A stretch of 64,000 bases of DNA, taken from NCBI GenBank assembly GCA_035529375.1, contig DATKWU010000017.1, positions 2,579 to 66,578 of the forward strand. Reading direction: 5' to 3'. Numbering within the stretch: the stretch's first letter is position 1; every line of letters starts with the position of its first letter. The notes under the pieces were generated by a model. That model was not told where the DNA came from and ran no database searches. It saw only the letters and a program-made list of their open reading frames with translations. Position numbers and translations under genes: made by a program. This DNA is from Patescibacteria group bacterium (GTDB lineage Bacteria > Patescibacteriota > Microgenomatia > PFEM01 > JAHIFH01). Shown here one piece after another: positions 21,149 to 29,467 of the stretch.

Positions 21149-21197
21149 CTACCCGATTTTGCTGAACAGACTGGTCTGGACCCGCTTGGTTCCATAA
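21149..21197 (+). repeat. GCTG-core junction, arm type 2
   Basis: ctacccgattttgctgaacagactggtctggacccgcttggttccataa; left arm matches 21771. Confidence 0.7.
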
Positions 21198-21228
21198 GTT
21201 ACTTTTATTTTAGATTAGAATTGCTTTT

Positions 21229-21735
21229 CTACCCAAATCTAATAGCACCTTTATAGATATACCCTGGTTCGTGTATTTCTATTGTATTTTTCAATCTACC
21301 TTGAACTGCTAAGTTAGCTGACATAGAGTCTAGCCAAACTTCTACAGCTTTGCACACGTCCTTGCAAAAAACTTGAACATTCAGCTGCAAAAATGATTTT
21401 TTCTCACCGTTAAAAATGCAGTCCTTAATAAGATTACGGTGTGCACCTTTAGTCAAAAATACAAAATGCTCTAGAACCTCCTGTTTTTTTTGGTCGGAAA
21501 TATCATCCTTCCCTTGATGTAGAAGTGCACACCTCAAAGCATAGCAATCCTTGCCCGACAGAAAACCATTATATTGGGGTAAATTTTTTTCAACCCAATC
21601 AGAATATTTTTCACCTGAAGTTTTTTCGTGTTCAAGTGCAGCACAGATGTCTGGAAGGGTCAAAGAGACAAACAAAGCAACGTACCAGTTTTGGTTATCT
21701 AATGCTTTATAAACTGAATCAATAATTTTTTGCAT
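21229..21735 (-). CDS. hypothetical protein (LPDIC...YALRCALLHQG, HEPN-like RxxxxH)
   Basis: ORF; RCALLH motif; ATG 21735 preferred. Confidence 0.65.
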   Translation of the reverse strand: MQKIIDSVYKALDNQNWYVALFVSLTLPDICAALEHEKTSGEKYSDWVEKNLPQYNGFLSGKDCYALRCALLHQGKDDISDQKKQEVLEHFVFLTKGAHRNLIKDCIFNGEKKSFLQLNVQVFCKDVCKAVEVWLDSMSANLAVQGRLKNTIEIHEPGYIYKGAIRFG

Positions 21736-21770
21736 ATTTTTTTCTGAATTATGAGGGTAGGGTTGCAAGC

Positions 21771-21870
21771 CTACCCAATTTGGCTGGCGAGTGTGGACAC
21801 TATTCGAACCTATTTTATCACAACAAGAGAACCTGTTTTTGTTCCTAATTTTAATTCTTAATTATTATTG
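21771..21870 (+). repeat. GCTG-core junction, arm type 1
   Basis: ctacccaatttggctggcgagtgtggacactattcgaacctatt. Confidence 0.85.
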
Positions 21871-22758
21871 CTTAATTTTCGCGGCTACTTCGTTTTTATA
21901 TTGGAACTCTGGACAAAATGGAGGTATCAGATTTCTGTTTCGCATTAAATCTCTCATTCTCTTCATTACTTCAAAATCCGTATCAGAAGAAATCCAACGC
22001 TTCATTACTTCTTCATCCACCCAGAGTGTTTTTAGTTGATAAATGGAAGAATAATATTTTCTAAAAAAGTCTATGCCATTTTGGGGACTATCGAAAAAGA
22101 CAGTACAATATGAAGCAAAATACTCTTTGAAACCGTCAATTGTAAAGATGTTTCTTGCATAATAATATAGTTTGACTGTGTCAATATCGCTAAAATCTCC
22201 TTCAATCGGCTCACCATATTCATTCAACATGTCTGGGCTAATTAAAGGAACATCTGCAATATCCAGAGGAACAGCATGACCATCATTCGAAGCTATTTGA
22301 TATACTGCGCAGTTTTTTTCAACACTATCTAACAAGGCAAAACTTCGCGAAGGTAAAGCGGAACAGTTTGCAAAAACATAATTTAGATTTCCAATTTCTA
22401 AATCTAACTGACCAGACTGTTGTTTAAGTTCCTCTACAGGCTTACCCTGAATTGAGGCAAGGCAGATTGGACTATCAGGAACTACCTCTTCCCCCAATGG
22501 CTGTCTGGTTTTATGAACAATGTCATCAAATAAAGCAGAGTCGTAGTAATCACGGAATTCTCGTGCTTTTTTCTGAAAGTCTTCCTCAGTCTGACCTTGA
22601 CCTCGTTGAATATAAGCTTCACGAAGAACATCTACAGCCCTAGTTAAATTTTCCTGTAGTAGTCTTTGGGGCCTCTCAGCAACTTGCCGGACACTATCAC
22701 TTCGGATAAGTCTAGCTTGTTCTAGAATAGCATTTGTTTTTATCTCTTTATCATCCAT
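21865..22758 (-). CDS. hypothetical protein
   Basis: 297-aa ORF, upstream TAAAAT -10. Confidence 0.65.
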   Translation of the reverse strand: MDDKEIKTNAILEQARLIRSDSVRQVAERPQRLLQENLTRAVDVLREAYIQRGQGQTEEDFQKKAREFRDYYDSALFDDIVHKTRQPLGEEVVPDSPICLASIQGKPVEELKQQSGQLDLEIGNLNYVFANCSALPSRSFALLDSVEKNCAVYQIASNDGHAVPLDIADVPLISPDMLNEYGEPIEGDFSDIDTVKLYYYARNIFTIDGFKEYFASYCTVFFDSPQNGIDFFRKYYSSIYQLKTLWVDEEVMKRWISSDTDFEVMKRMRDLMRNRNLIPPFCPEFQYKNEVAAKIKQ

Positions 22759-22860
22759 TTCTCATATTTTACTCAAGTTGAAGAATTTTTTAAAGATTTT
22801 GTGAGGTTTAAAAGCTTCGAACCGTCCTACTTCGGTGGTAATTTTCAAGGCTAAAATTTT

Positions 22861-22938
22861 GGGCTGGCGAGTGTGGACACTATTCGAACCTATTGGTTAG
22901 GCAAGAAAGAGCCTTGTTTTATTCCCATCTATGCCTAA
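22861..22938 (+). repeat. GCTG-core junction, arm type 1
   Basis: ggctggcgagtgtggacactattcgaacctatt identical to the 21782 copy. Confidence 0.85.
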
Positions 22939-23004
22939 TCCGAAAGGACTACTTGGTTTTACTGACAAATCGGTCTAGAATGTTTTAATCCTTATAACTA
23001 ACGT

Positions 23005-23601
23005 CTATTTTAATTCTTTAAAGAAATCAAAATCCGAAGCTTTAATATATTTCTTGTTTCTGTTAAGGATACTTGTCTTGTTTAGTGGAGTAGATTGTTG
23101 AGAAATCGCCTTAGCAAATTGTTCTTTATAAGATTCTGTCAACACTTCATAGAGCTTATCTATTGAATCAAGCACGTCTTGGCAAAAGAGATTCATATCT
23201 AATTGAAGTGTGCTGTCCACAAAATACAAGTGAAACTTCCTTTGTATATCTAGCGGATTATTTGTATGGGAAATGTTAAATATCCATCCAATATCTTTTT
23301 TCTTATACTTAAAGTTCTTAGGGAAGTGCTGATGTAGTAGTCCGTGTCGATAAACAAGCGTTATAAATACAGCATATTTAGCGTAACGAGGGTCGATTTT
23401 TGACAGAACTAATTTTAAATAGGTTGTAATATTTTCTGTAGTTGCGCGAGATTCGCCAGTTATAAAAGAACCAAGTCCATCAATTTCTGGGAATAGTAGT
23501 CTTGGAATCGCAAAAAATCCTGTCATGTTAGCAGAATACACTGGCAATACAATTCCAACATCTTTCTCTATAGATTTTTTAATATTATCGAGATGCTCTA
23601 T
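23005..23601 (-). pseudogene. hypothetical protein (YRHGLLH, HEPN-like), 5'-truncated
   Basis: frame stays open upstream of the ORF-track start (IEHLDNIKKSIEKDVG) with no ATG, then a composition switch near 23600. Confidence 0.5.
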
Positions 23602-23865
23602 CCTCGTCCGCTCTCCACGGCCATCCTGGAAGTTGGGTTACCTTGGGTTTTCAGAGCGATATATGAAGGGAAAATGTCGGGATTAGTCATTGGTGTAATT
23701 TTCACCTTGGCGTCTGGCATCCCGGCACTTGTTTTTCTCTTCATGCTCCATGAGATGCAGGCAGGGCTATCTATGGCTTTCTTGTCCATAGGTATGGCTA
23801 TTTCCTGCATTGTGGGGACCTTAATAGACAGATGGGAAATCAAACAAGTCCTTGGACATCTGTAG
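23593..23865 (+). pseudogene. membrane-protein 3' fragment
   Basis: hydrophobic ORF starting at the apparent deletion junction. Confidence 0.35.
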
Positions 23866-24042
23866 CGGTTTCAGCTATCTGGCTATCTCTACGATGGCAT
23901 AATAGACTCGCCACTATTGAGCCATCAGAACGAAGGTCCTAGATTAAGGAGGGACAAAACTATGCCTATTGGGTAGCGTTTTGTTCCTCCTAAACTCACT
24001 TTTTCCTTTCCACAAACCATCTCTGGGAATTTTACACAGAAA

Positions 24043-24138
24043 AAGCTCTCTATCTCTGGCTTTTTAGAATGTGTGACCCAGATGGGAGTTGAAACAAACA
24101 CTTTGGAGTATATAGTGAGGCTTCAGGAGATATTTCAG
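24043..24138 (+). repeat. tRNA-Glu-end cassette junction repeat, copy 4 (most diverged)
   Basis: aagctctctatctctggctttttagaatgtgtgacccagatgggagttgaaacaaacactttggagta. Confidence 0.88.
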
Positions 24139-24167
24139 CCTGTGGACTCTGTGGTATACTATGGTCA

Positions 24168-25112
24168 ATGAAAATTGTGATTTTCAAACCTAAGTCGGGT
24201 TTTTCTCCAAAACAGCAAAAACAAATTGCCTCACTCGGCAAAGTTGTTTACACCAAAACAAACCAAGAACTTCCAATGAAAAAACTCCTAAAAATTGCTA
24301 AGGGTGCAGAAATCATTGGCGTTGACCCTGATCCCCTTGGTGGTTTTGAAAAGGCTAAAGAGAAGCTAACCAAAATAATGGAGTCTTTGCCCAAACTTAA
24401 GGGTGTCTGTCTTTCCACAACTTCTTTTGGCTGGATCGATTTAGATTATTGTAGTAAGCGGGGCATTACGGTTAGTAACGTTCCAGGCTATTCAAGAGAG
24501 TCTGTTGCTGAACACGCCTTAGCCCTATTGCTTTGTTTGGCTAAAGGAATTATTACCAGCGATCGGAAAACCCAAAGGGGAAAATACAAGCTAGAAATGG
24601 GTTTTGAACTAAAAGGAAAAACGCTTGGCATTATTGGTCTGGGTAATATTGGTAGCAGAATGGCCGAACTTGGCCAGGGAATAGGCATGAAAGTCATTGC
24701 TTATAATCGAAGTCCAAAGAAAATGAAGGGAGTCCAGATGAAATCTTTAAATGAATTATTAAAAAGATCAGATACAATTTCTCTGCACACCACACATGAG
24801 GAAAGTAATGATGAAATGGTTAATGAAAAAATGTTATCTAAAATGAAAGACTGTGTAATTATTGTGAATACAGTTGATAGAGAGATAGTTGATGAAAGCG
24901 CTATGGCAGAAGCCTTAAAGTCTGGAAAAGTCCGTGCCTATGCCTATGAGGGCGAAGATTTGACTCGTACACCTTTAGCTAAAATAGAAAACGCTATAGG
25001 GGTAAAGGCGTTTGCTTACTACACTAAAGAAGCGCTAGATAATTTATATGAAATTTGGGTTGGTAATCTTGTAGCCTTGCGTAAAAGTAAGCCTCGAAAC
25101 CTCGTAAGTTAA
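24168..25112 (+). CDS. D-isomer-specific 2-hydroxyacid dehydrogenase family (cassette D)
   Basis: SNVPGYSRESVAEH, GIIGLGNIG; canonical catalytic His not evident. Confidence 0.88.
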   Translation: MKIVIFKPKSGFSPKQQKQIASLGKVVYTKTNQELPMKKLLKIAKGAEIIGVDPDPLGGFEKAKEKLTKIMESLPKLKGVCLSTTSFGWIDLDYCSKRGITVSNVPGYSRESVAEHALALLLCLAKGIITSDRKTQRGKYKLEMGFELKGKTLGIIGLGNIGSRMAELGQGIGMKVIAYNRSPKKMKGVQMKSLNELLKRSDTISLHTTHEESNDEMVNEKMLSKMKDCVIIVNTVDREIVDESAMAEALKSGKVRAYAYEGEDLTRTPLAKIENAIGVKAFAYYTKEALDNLYEIWVGNLVALRKSKPRNLVS

Positions 25113-25134
25113 TTGGATCAATATCAATTGAAAA

Positions 25135-25230
25135 AAGTCCTCTATTTCGGTTTTTTTAGAATGTGTGACCCCAAGGGGAGTTCAATTAAACACTTTGAAA
25201 TATGTAATAATGGTTCAGGAGATATTTGAA
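25135..25230 (+). repeat. tRNA-Glu-end cassette junction repeat, copy 5
   Basis: gtgaccccaaggggagttcaattaaacactttg. Confidence 0.92.
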
Positions 25231-25308
25231 CCTCTAACTATTTATCAGTCGGTTTGTGCTTTTAAATGAGCATCATAGTTCTTTTGTAGTTATGTTAATA
25301 TAAAGTCA

Positions 25309-26112
25309 ATGGAGATAACGTTTTTAGGCACTGGTGGTGGTACAAACGAAGAAAGATTTAAAACTTGTATTTTTTTACCTCTTAATGAGAAGAACAATTT
25401 AATTTTGGACGTAGGTGGCGGAACCGAAATAATTAACCAATTCGCCAAGGCCAAGATTAATCCTGCTTGTGTAAATCACATTTTTATTAGTCATACTCAT
25501 TTTGACCACTGTTTAGGTTTGCCCGCCTTTTTGTTTTATCTTGTGACCGAAAAGAAAGAAGAAATGCCAGGAAAAATGGGGATTTACTCTAACAAAAGAA
25601 TAATCAGTGATTTAAAAGAAGTTTTGAGAATTACTGGGGCTGGCGCACTTAAGCGTTGGGGAGATAGATTAATCTGGATTGATACAGGATTAGAAAAACC
25701 AGTTAGAATAACAAGAGATTGCAGTTTGCTTGCCTTCCCTGCCAAAGGAGGGCAAGAATTGAAAGAACAAGATTTAAGCTGTTTAATTAAACTTTCTCGC
25801 CTCCAAAAATCCATTCTTTTTACAGGTGATACTACCCCAAATGAGTATTTAGAAAAATATGCTCGAGGTGTTGATACATTGATTCACGAAGCAATTCTTA
25901 CCCATAAAAATGTCGAGCTTGCTCATAGGCATGGTCATTCTACATCTCAAGATGCAGGTAAACTTGCTCAACAAGCAGGAGTAAAACAGTTAGTGTTAAC
26001 CCATATCTATCGGGAAAGTATTGTTAAAGAAAAATCTCTTCTTGAGGAGACTATGAAATATTATTCAGGACCTGTTCAACTAGCTCATGACTTTGAAACA
26101 ATTAATATTTAA
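25309..26112 (+). CDS. MBL-fold RNase Z/ElaC-like hydrolase (cassette E)
   Basis: FLGTGG, SHTHFDH, FTGDT, LIHEA, HST, LVLTH. Confidence 0.88.
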   Translation: MEITFLGTGGGTNEERFKTCIFLPLNEKNNLILDVGGGTEIINQFAKAKINPACVNHIFISHTHFDHCLGLPAFLFYLVTEKKEEMPGKMGIYSNKRIISDLKEVLRITGAGALKRWGDRLIWIDTGLEKPVRITRDCSLLAFPAKGGQELKEQDLSCLIKLSRLQKSILFTGDTTPNEYLEKYARGVDTLIHEAILTHKNVELAHRHGHSTSQDAGKLAQQAGVKQLVLTHIYRESIVKEKSLLEETMKYYSGPVQLAHDFETINI

Positions 26113-26137
26113 AAAAGCCCTTTATTTCGGGCTTTTT
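26111..26137. terminator. bidirectional terminator between cassette E and tRNA-Glu
   Basis: aaaaaagccc-tttatttc-gggcttttt. Confidence 0.8.
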
Positions 26138-26145
26138 GGAATGTG

Positions 26146-26218
26146 TGACCCCGAGGGGAATCGAACCCCTGTTTTCAGGATGAAAACCTGACGTCCTAGA
26201 CCGCTAGACGACGGGGCC
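26146..26218 (-). tRNA. tRNA-Glu (TTC), CCA not encoded
   Basis: rc GGCCCCGTCGTCTAGCGGTCTAGGACGTCAGG-TTTTCAT-CCTGA...GGTTCGATTCCCCTCGGGGTCA. Confidence 0.96.
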
Positions 26219-26485
26219 TGGTGAGCCCAAGAGGGACTCCTACGAACACTTTTACCCTTATCTTCTAACTCTTTATCGTGGCTTTAATTATATCACAAAG
26301 GTTTATTCTTATCATATTGTCTAAGAAACCAAAAAATAAGAGATAGTATGAATGGAATCATTACTACTAAAACTTTATTCAATTGATTCAGAAAAATTGC
26401 CATCATTGAACAATGATAGTAACTTTTTTTAGTTTAAGGCAAATTAAATTTTTGCTAGTTCGTGATAAAATAAGGACAAAGTAAG

Positions 26486-27121
26486 ATGCCAAATAAGAAA
26501 GCGCCTGATCTCACTAAACGAACTAAACCACTTTTTGCCTTCTTTGATGTAGAAAACGTTCGAAACAGTGTAGAGGAATATGGATATATTGACCTTAACT
26601 ATCCTAAAATTATTGGCTGGTTGAAAAATAAAAGAAGTGTTAGTCGGATTTATCTCTATGCATCTGCAGAACCAGGAGATACAATTAAAAAGAAAAAGTA
26701 TTTAGATTTGCAGAAGATTCCTGGTTGTTATGTGTCCATTAAAAGGATTATGGCCTACAAGCAAAAACCATGGCCCCTCGAGACAATTTGCCCAAGTTGT
26801 CAACATTCATTTGTAAGAAAAATTTACATAAAAGATCACAAAAAGGGAAACTGCGATGCGGAGATGACTTTAGATATTGTTAGGTTTGGAGTTAGGAAAA
26901 AATATAGTGGAATTATTGTCTTTTCTGGTGACGGTGATTTTGCAAGAGTTTACGAATATGTTGCGGAAGAATTAAAAAAGCCCGTTATTCTTTTTGCACC
27001 AGATAAGGTGCCAGGTAAAAAAAGAACATCGTCGAGACTAAAGAAACTAGCGAATAACGGGACAATCAAACTAGAAAGCTTAAAGGGGTTGATGTTTCAT
27101 TATGGACAGAAAGAAGAATAA
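26486..27121 (+). CDS. NYN/LabA-DUF88 (PIN-like) nuclease with CxxC insert
   Basis: FFDVENV, KGNCDAEMTLD, FSGDGDF; CPSC. Confidence 0.88.
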   Translation: MPNKKAPDLTKRTKPLFAFFDVENVRNSVEEYGYIDLNYPKIIGWLKNKRSVSRIYLYASAEPGDTIKKKKYLDLQKIPGCYVSIKRIMAYKQKPWPLETICPSCQHSFVRKIYIKDHKKGNCDAEMTLDIVRFGVRKKYSGIIVFSGDGDFARVYEYVAEELKKPVILFAPDKVPGKKRTSSRLKKLANNGTIKLESLKGLMFHYGQKEE

Positions 27122-27149
27122 AAAAAGCCCCCCGAAGGCGACTTTTTTG
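27121..27149. terminator. hairpin terminator after NYN gene
   Basis: aaaaaagcccccc-gaag-gcgacttttttt. Confidence 0.55.
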
Positions 27150-27280
27150 ATTGAGTGGATATACTTTATCACATTAAACTATCTTTGTCAACCTTATACC
27201 ACCTTATATTATCTTATCATATTTTGTGTTAGTTTAAATTGTATTAATGTCGTAAAAGTGCTAGAATTGGTTTCAAACAT

Positions 27281-27856
27281 ATGCCTCGAGAAATCATTTT
27301 CAGGTTAATGCCAGCCAATCTGAAGAGAAAACTAGAAAACTACCTTAATAAACCCTCAACTTCACGTCTCGAAGCCAGAAATAAACTTATTGTCAGTCTT
27401 TTTTATTATTGCGGTTTTAGAACATGGATGCTAACAGATCTAAAAAAGAAAAACTACGACCCAAAAAATAAAATGCTTTATTTTCGTCTTCGAACAAATT
27501 CTCTCAAAGAGAATAGTATACTTCTAGACGAATCTGTTTTTAAACTGATAGATTTTTTAACTAGATCATTTTCGAATCCAGAGTGGCCATTAATTATGAG
27601 TTTTAAAATTGATAGCCCGATAAATAAGCCACTATCTCCTCGCCAGATCCAAAGGGTTACCAAAAATATTTTGTTATCACTTGGTTTTAAAAAAAATATT
27701 CCACCAAGAATGTTGAGGCATAATGTTGGTATTAACTTAACCAAGGAAAAACTAAGACATAAATCGTTAAATAAATTAATTGGCAGAGTTTCTCCTTGGG
27801 TTTTTACAGAATACAAAAAAAGAGCGGGTAACTTTAAGAAAGTTGGGAAAATTTAA
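27281..27856 (+). CDS. tyrosine recombinase catalytic-domain-only protein, degenerate
   Basis: RNKLIVSLFYYCGFR, LSPRQIQ, PRMLRH, LIGR, FTEY. Confidence 0.75.
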   Translation: MPREIIFRLMPANLKRKLENYLNKPSTSRLEARNKLIVSLFYYCGFRTWMLTDLKKKNYDPKNKMLYFRLRTNSLKENSILLDESVFKLIDFLTRSFSNPEWPLIMSFKIDSPINKPLSPRQIQRVTKNILLSLGFKKNIPPRMLRHNVGINLTKEKLRHKSLNKLIGRVSPWVFTEYKKRAGNFKKVGKI

Positions 27857-28093
27857 AATTTAGAATTATTGGCTTATTGCCAATATTATTCAAAAAAAAG
27901 AGTAACTGTGTTCGATATTTGACGAAAAATTACATTGGGTAGGTTTTCATTATCGAACACTTAAATTAAATGAAATTTTTGAAGCGTTTAGGGCTGTAGA
28001 TAGGACTATTCAGAAGAAACCTTTTTCACAATTATCCACAGAAATAGTAAGATGTAAACCTGTCAGTAATCAGTTCGCACCAATTATTAAGCT

Positions 28094-28324
28094 TTATTGC
28101 TTTATACCACTGTCTATTACAACATCGCCTGTGTCTTCGTCAATATGACCCATAACTATTTCATATTCGCTATGCTCTACTATCCATTTAGCTCCTGGTG
28201 CTAATTCAGATAATTCAGGTGGAATACCCATTTCTTCTAGTTCTCTAGCATTTTGTTCAGCGCTAATTCTAGCAATTTCTCCTGTTGATTCCTCCGATGA
28301 CGTTGGTTTTATTGTTTCTGACAA
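28094..28324 (-). CDS. small acidic hypothetical protein
   Basis: ORF with GGGGTGA SD. Confidence 0.5.
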   Translation of the reverse strand: MSETIKPTSSEESTGEIARISAEQNARELEEMGIPPELSELAPGAKWIVEHSEYEIVMGHIDEDTGDVVIDSGIKQ

Positions 28325-28503
28325 TTTTATTCACCCCCTGTCAATTTTTCTTAATTCGCTTTTAGGCCTGGTGAGCCCAACGTCCCGTGGGTGGAACACC
28401 TCTTCTCCAGTATTTTCAACACCTACGAGAAACTAAAAGAATTGGGCTTTACTTATTATAACGGAAAAGTCTCCGTAATTGAAGTCGGTAATGAGGAGGA
28501 GAA

Positions 28504-28955
28504 TGATTAAGTCTTCCTTGTACGACGAAAAAACCTTTTATCAAAAATTCATTGAAGATCTTTCCACCTGTCAAAAAGAGGTCATCATTGAGAGCCCCTT
28601 CATTTCAACGGAGAGAGCGAAAAGACTCTACCCGACTTTTGAAAAGTTAGTAAAACAAGGAGTCAGGGTTTACGTTTTGACCAGAGACCCGAGAGAACAT
28701 AGCCAGAGTTTCGAAGTCCAATCCGAGTTTGAAATTCGCAGATTTGAGGTTTTGGGGGTTCAGGTTTTCATCTGTACCGGCAACCATCACCGCAAGTTGG
28801 CTATTTTGGACCGGAAAATACTTTGGGAAGGAAGCTTGAACATTTTATCTCAAATTAAAAGCCGGGAAATAATGAGACGAATAGAGGGTAAAAAGTCAGC
28901 GTTAGAGATGTTTCGCTTCTTGAAATTAGGCAGGTTTATCAAAGAAGGGGTATAA
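28504..28955 (+). CDS. phospholipase D-like nuclease domain protein
   Basis: IESPFI, HHRKLAILD...WEGSLN; GAGGAGG SD before ATG 28504. Confidence 0.85.
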
Positions 28956-28956
28956 T

Positions 28957-29172
28957 ATGGAGGCAATGGCTAAAAAGAAAAGTCAGTTCGAAAAAGATAT
29001 CGAGAGCGTAATTAGGTTTTTAAAACAAACCGACCCCGAAAAGGCTACCCGGGCCAATGCCATCGAAATGCTGGGAAGCATGCAGACTTTGGCCCACCTG
29101 ATTGCCCATAAGGTAGTTGATAAGGAAAGGGGCGAAAAGCTTCGGAAAGAAATTAAGAAAAGGAAAAAGTAA
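28957..29172 (+). CDS. small hypothetical protein
   Basis: ORF track. Confidence 0.55.
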   Translation: MEAMAKKKSQFEKDIESVIRFLKQTDPEKATRANAIEMLGSMQTLAHLIAHKVVDKERGEKLRKEIKKRKK

Positions 29173-29175
29173 TTC

Positions 29176-29388
29176 TTAATAAGGCAGGATTTTTGAAGAT
29201 TTTACTTTCAGAGCTTTAGTTACTCCAAAAAGTTTCTCTTGGGAAGGGTTGGCTTCGCCGCGCTCAATTCGGGCATAGTAATTGGGATGAATACCGGCTT
29301 TGTCGGCTACCTCCACCTGAGTCATTCCCGCTTTTAGCCTAGCCTCTTTAAGATTTTTTCCTAATTGTTTACGGATGATTTTAGTCAT
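29176..29388 (-). CDS. XRE-family HTH regulator
   Basis: MTQVEVADKAGIHPNYYARIERGEANPS. Confidence 0.92.
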   Translation of the reverse strand: MTKIIRKQLGKNLKEARLKAGMTQVEVADKAGIHPNYYARIERGEANPSQEKLFGVTKALKVKSSKILPY

Positions 29389-29467
29389 TCCTGTCCATAT
29401 ATTAACAATATCCTATTGGGTTGTACAAGGTTTTTCTGGGTGACCAGTAAGGGAAAATAATTTTTGG

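Larger units (their letters stand above)
26221..28370. mobile_element. 2.15-kb integrated element at displaced tRNA-Lys 3' end
   Basis: 16-bp direct repeat ggcctggtgagcccaa at 26215-26230 and 28365-28380. Confidence 0.8.

Noticed and set aside
20560-21190. AExxGLDP reading as tRNA-Ser-like remnant
   Set aside because: The alternative frame (VWTR(F/L)(I/V)P*) shows synonymous changes and an aligned stop, so it fits better.
22801-22835. gtgagg...ttcgaaccg tRNA-like fragment
   Set aside because: A single weak copy with no matching partner in the window.
17927-25185. Additional tRNA-Glu genes
   Set aside because: Only 7-16 bp of acceptor/T-stem is present; there are no D or anticodon arms.
17897-26160. 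CRISPR array or classical integron attC array
   Set aside because: Spacers are 0.5-5 kb genes, no cas or intI is present, and the repeats contain a tRNA 3' end rather than RYYYAAC/GTTRRRY attC boxes.
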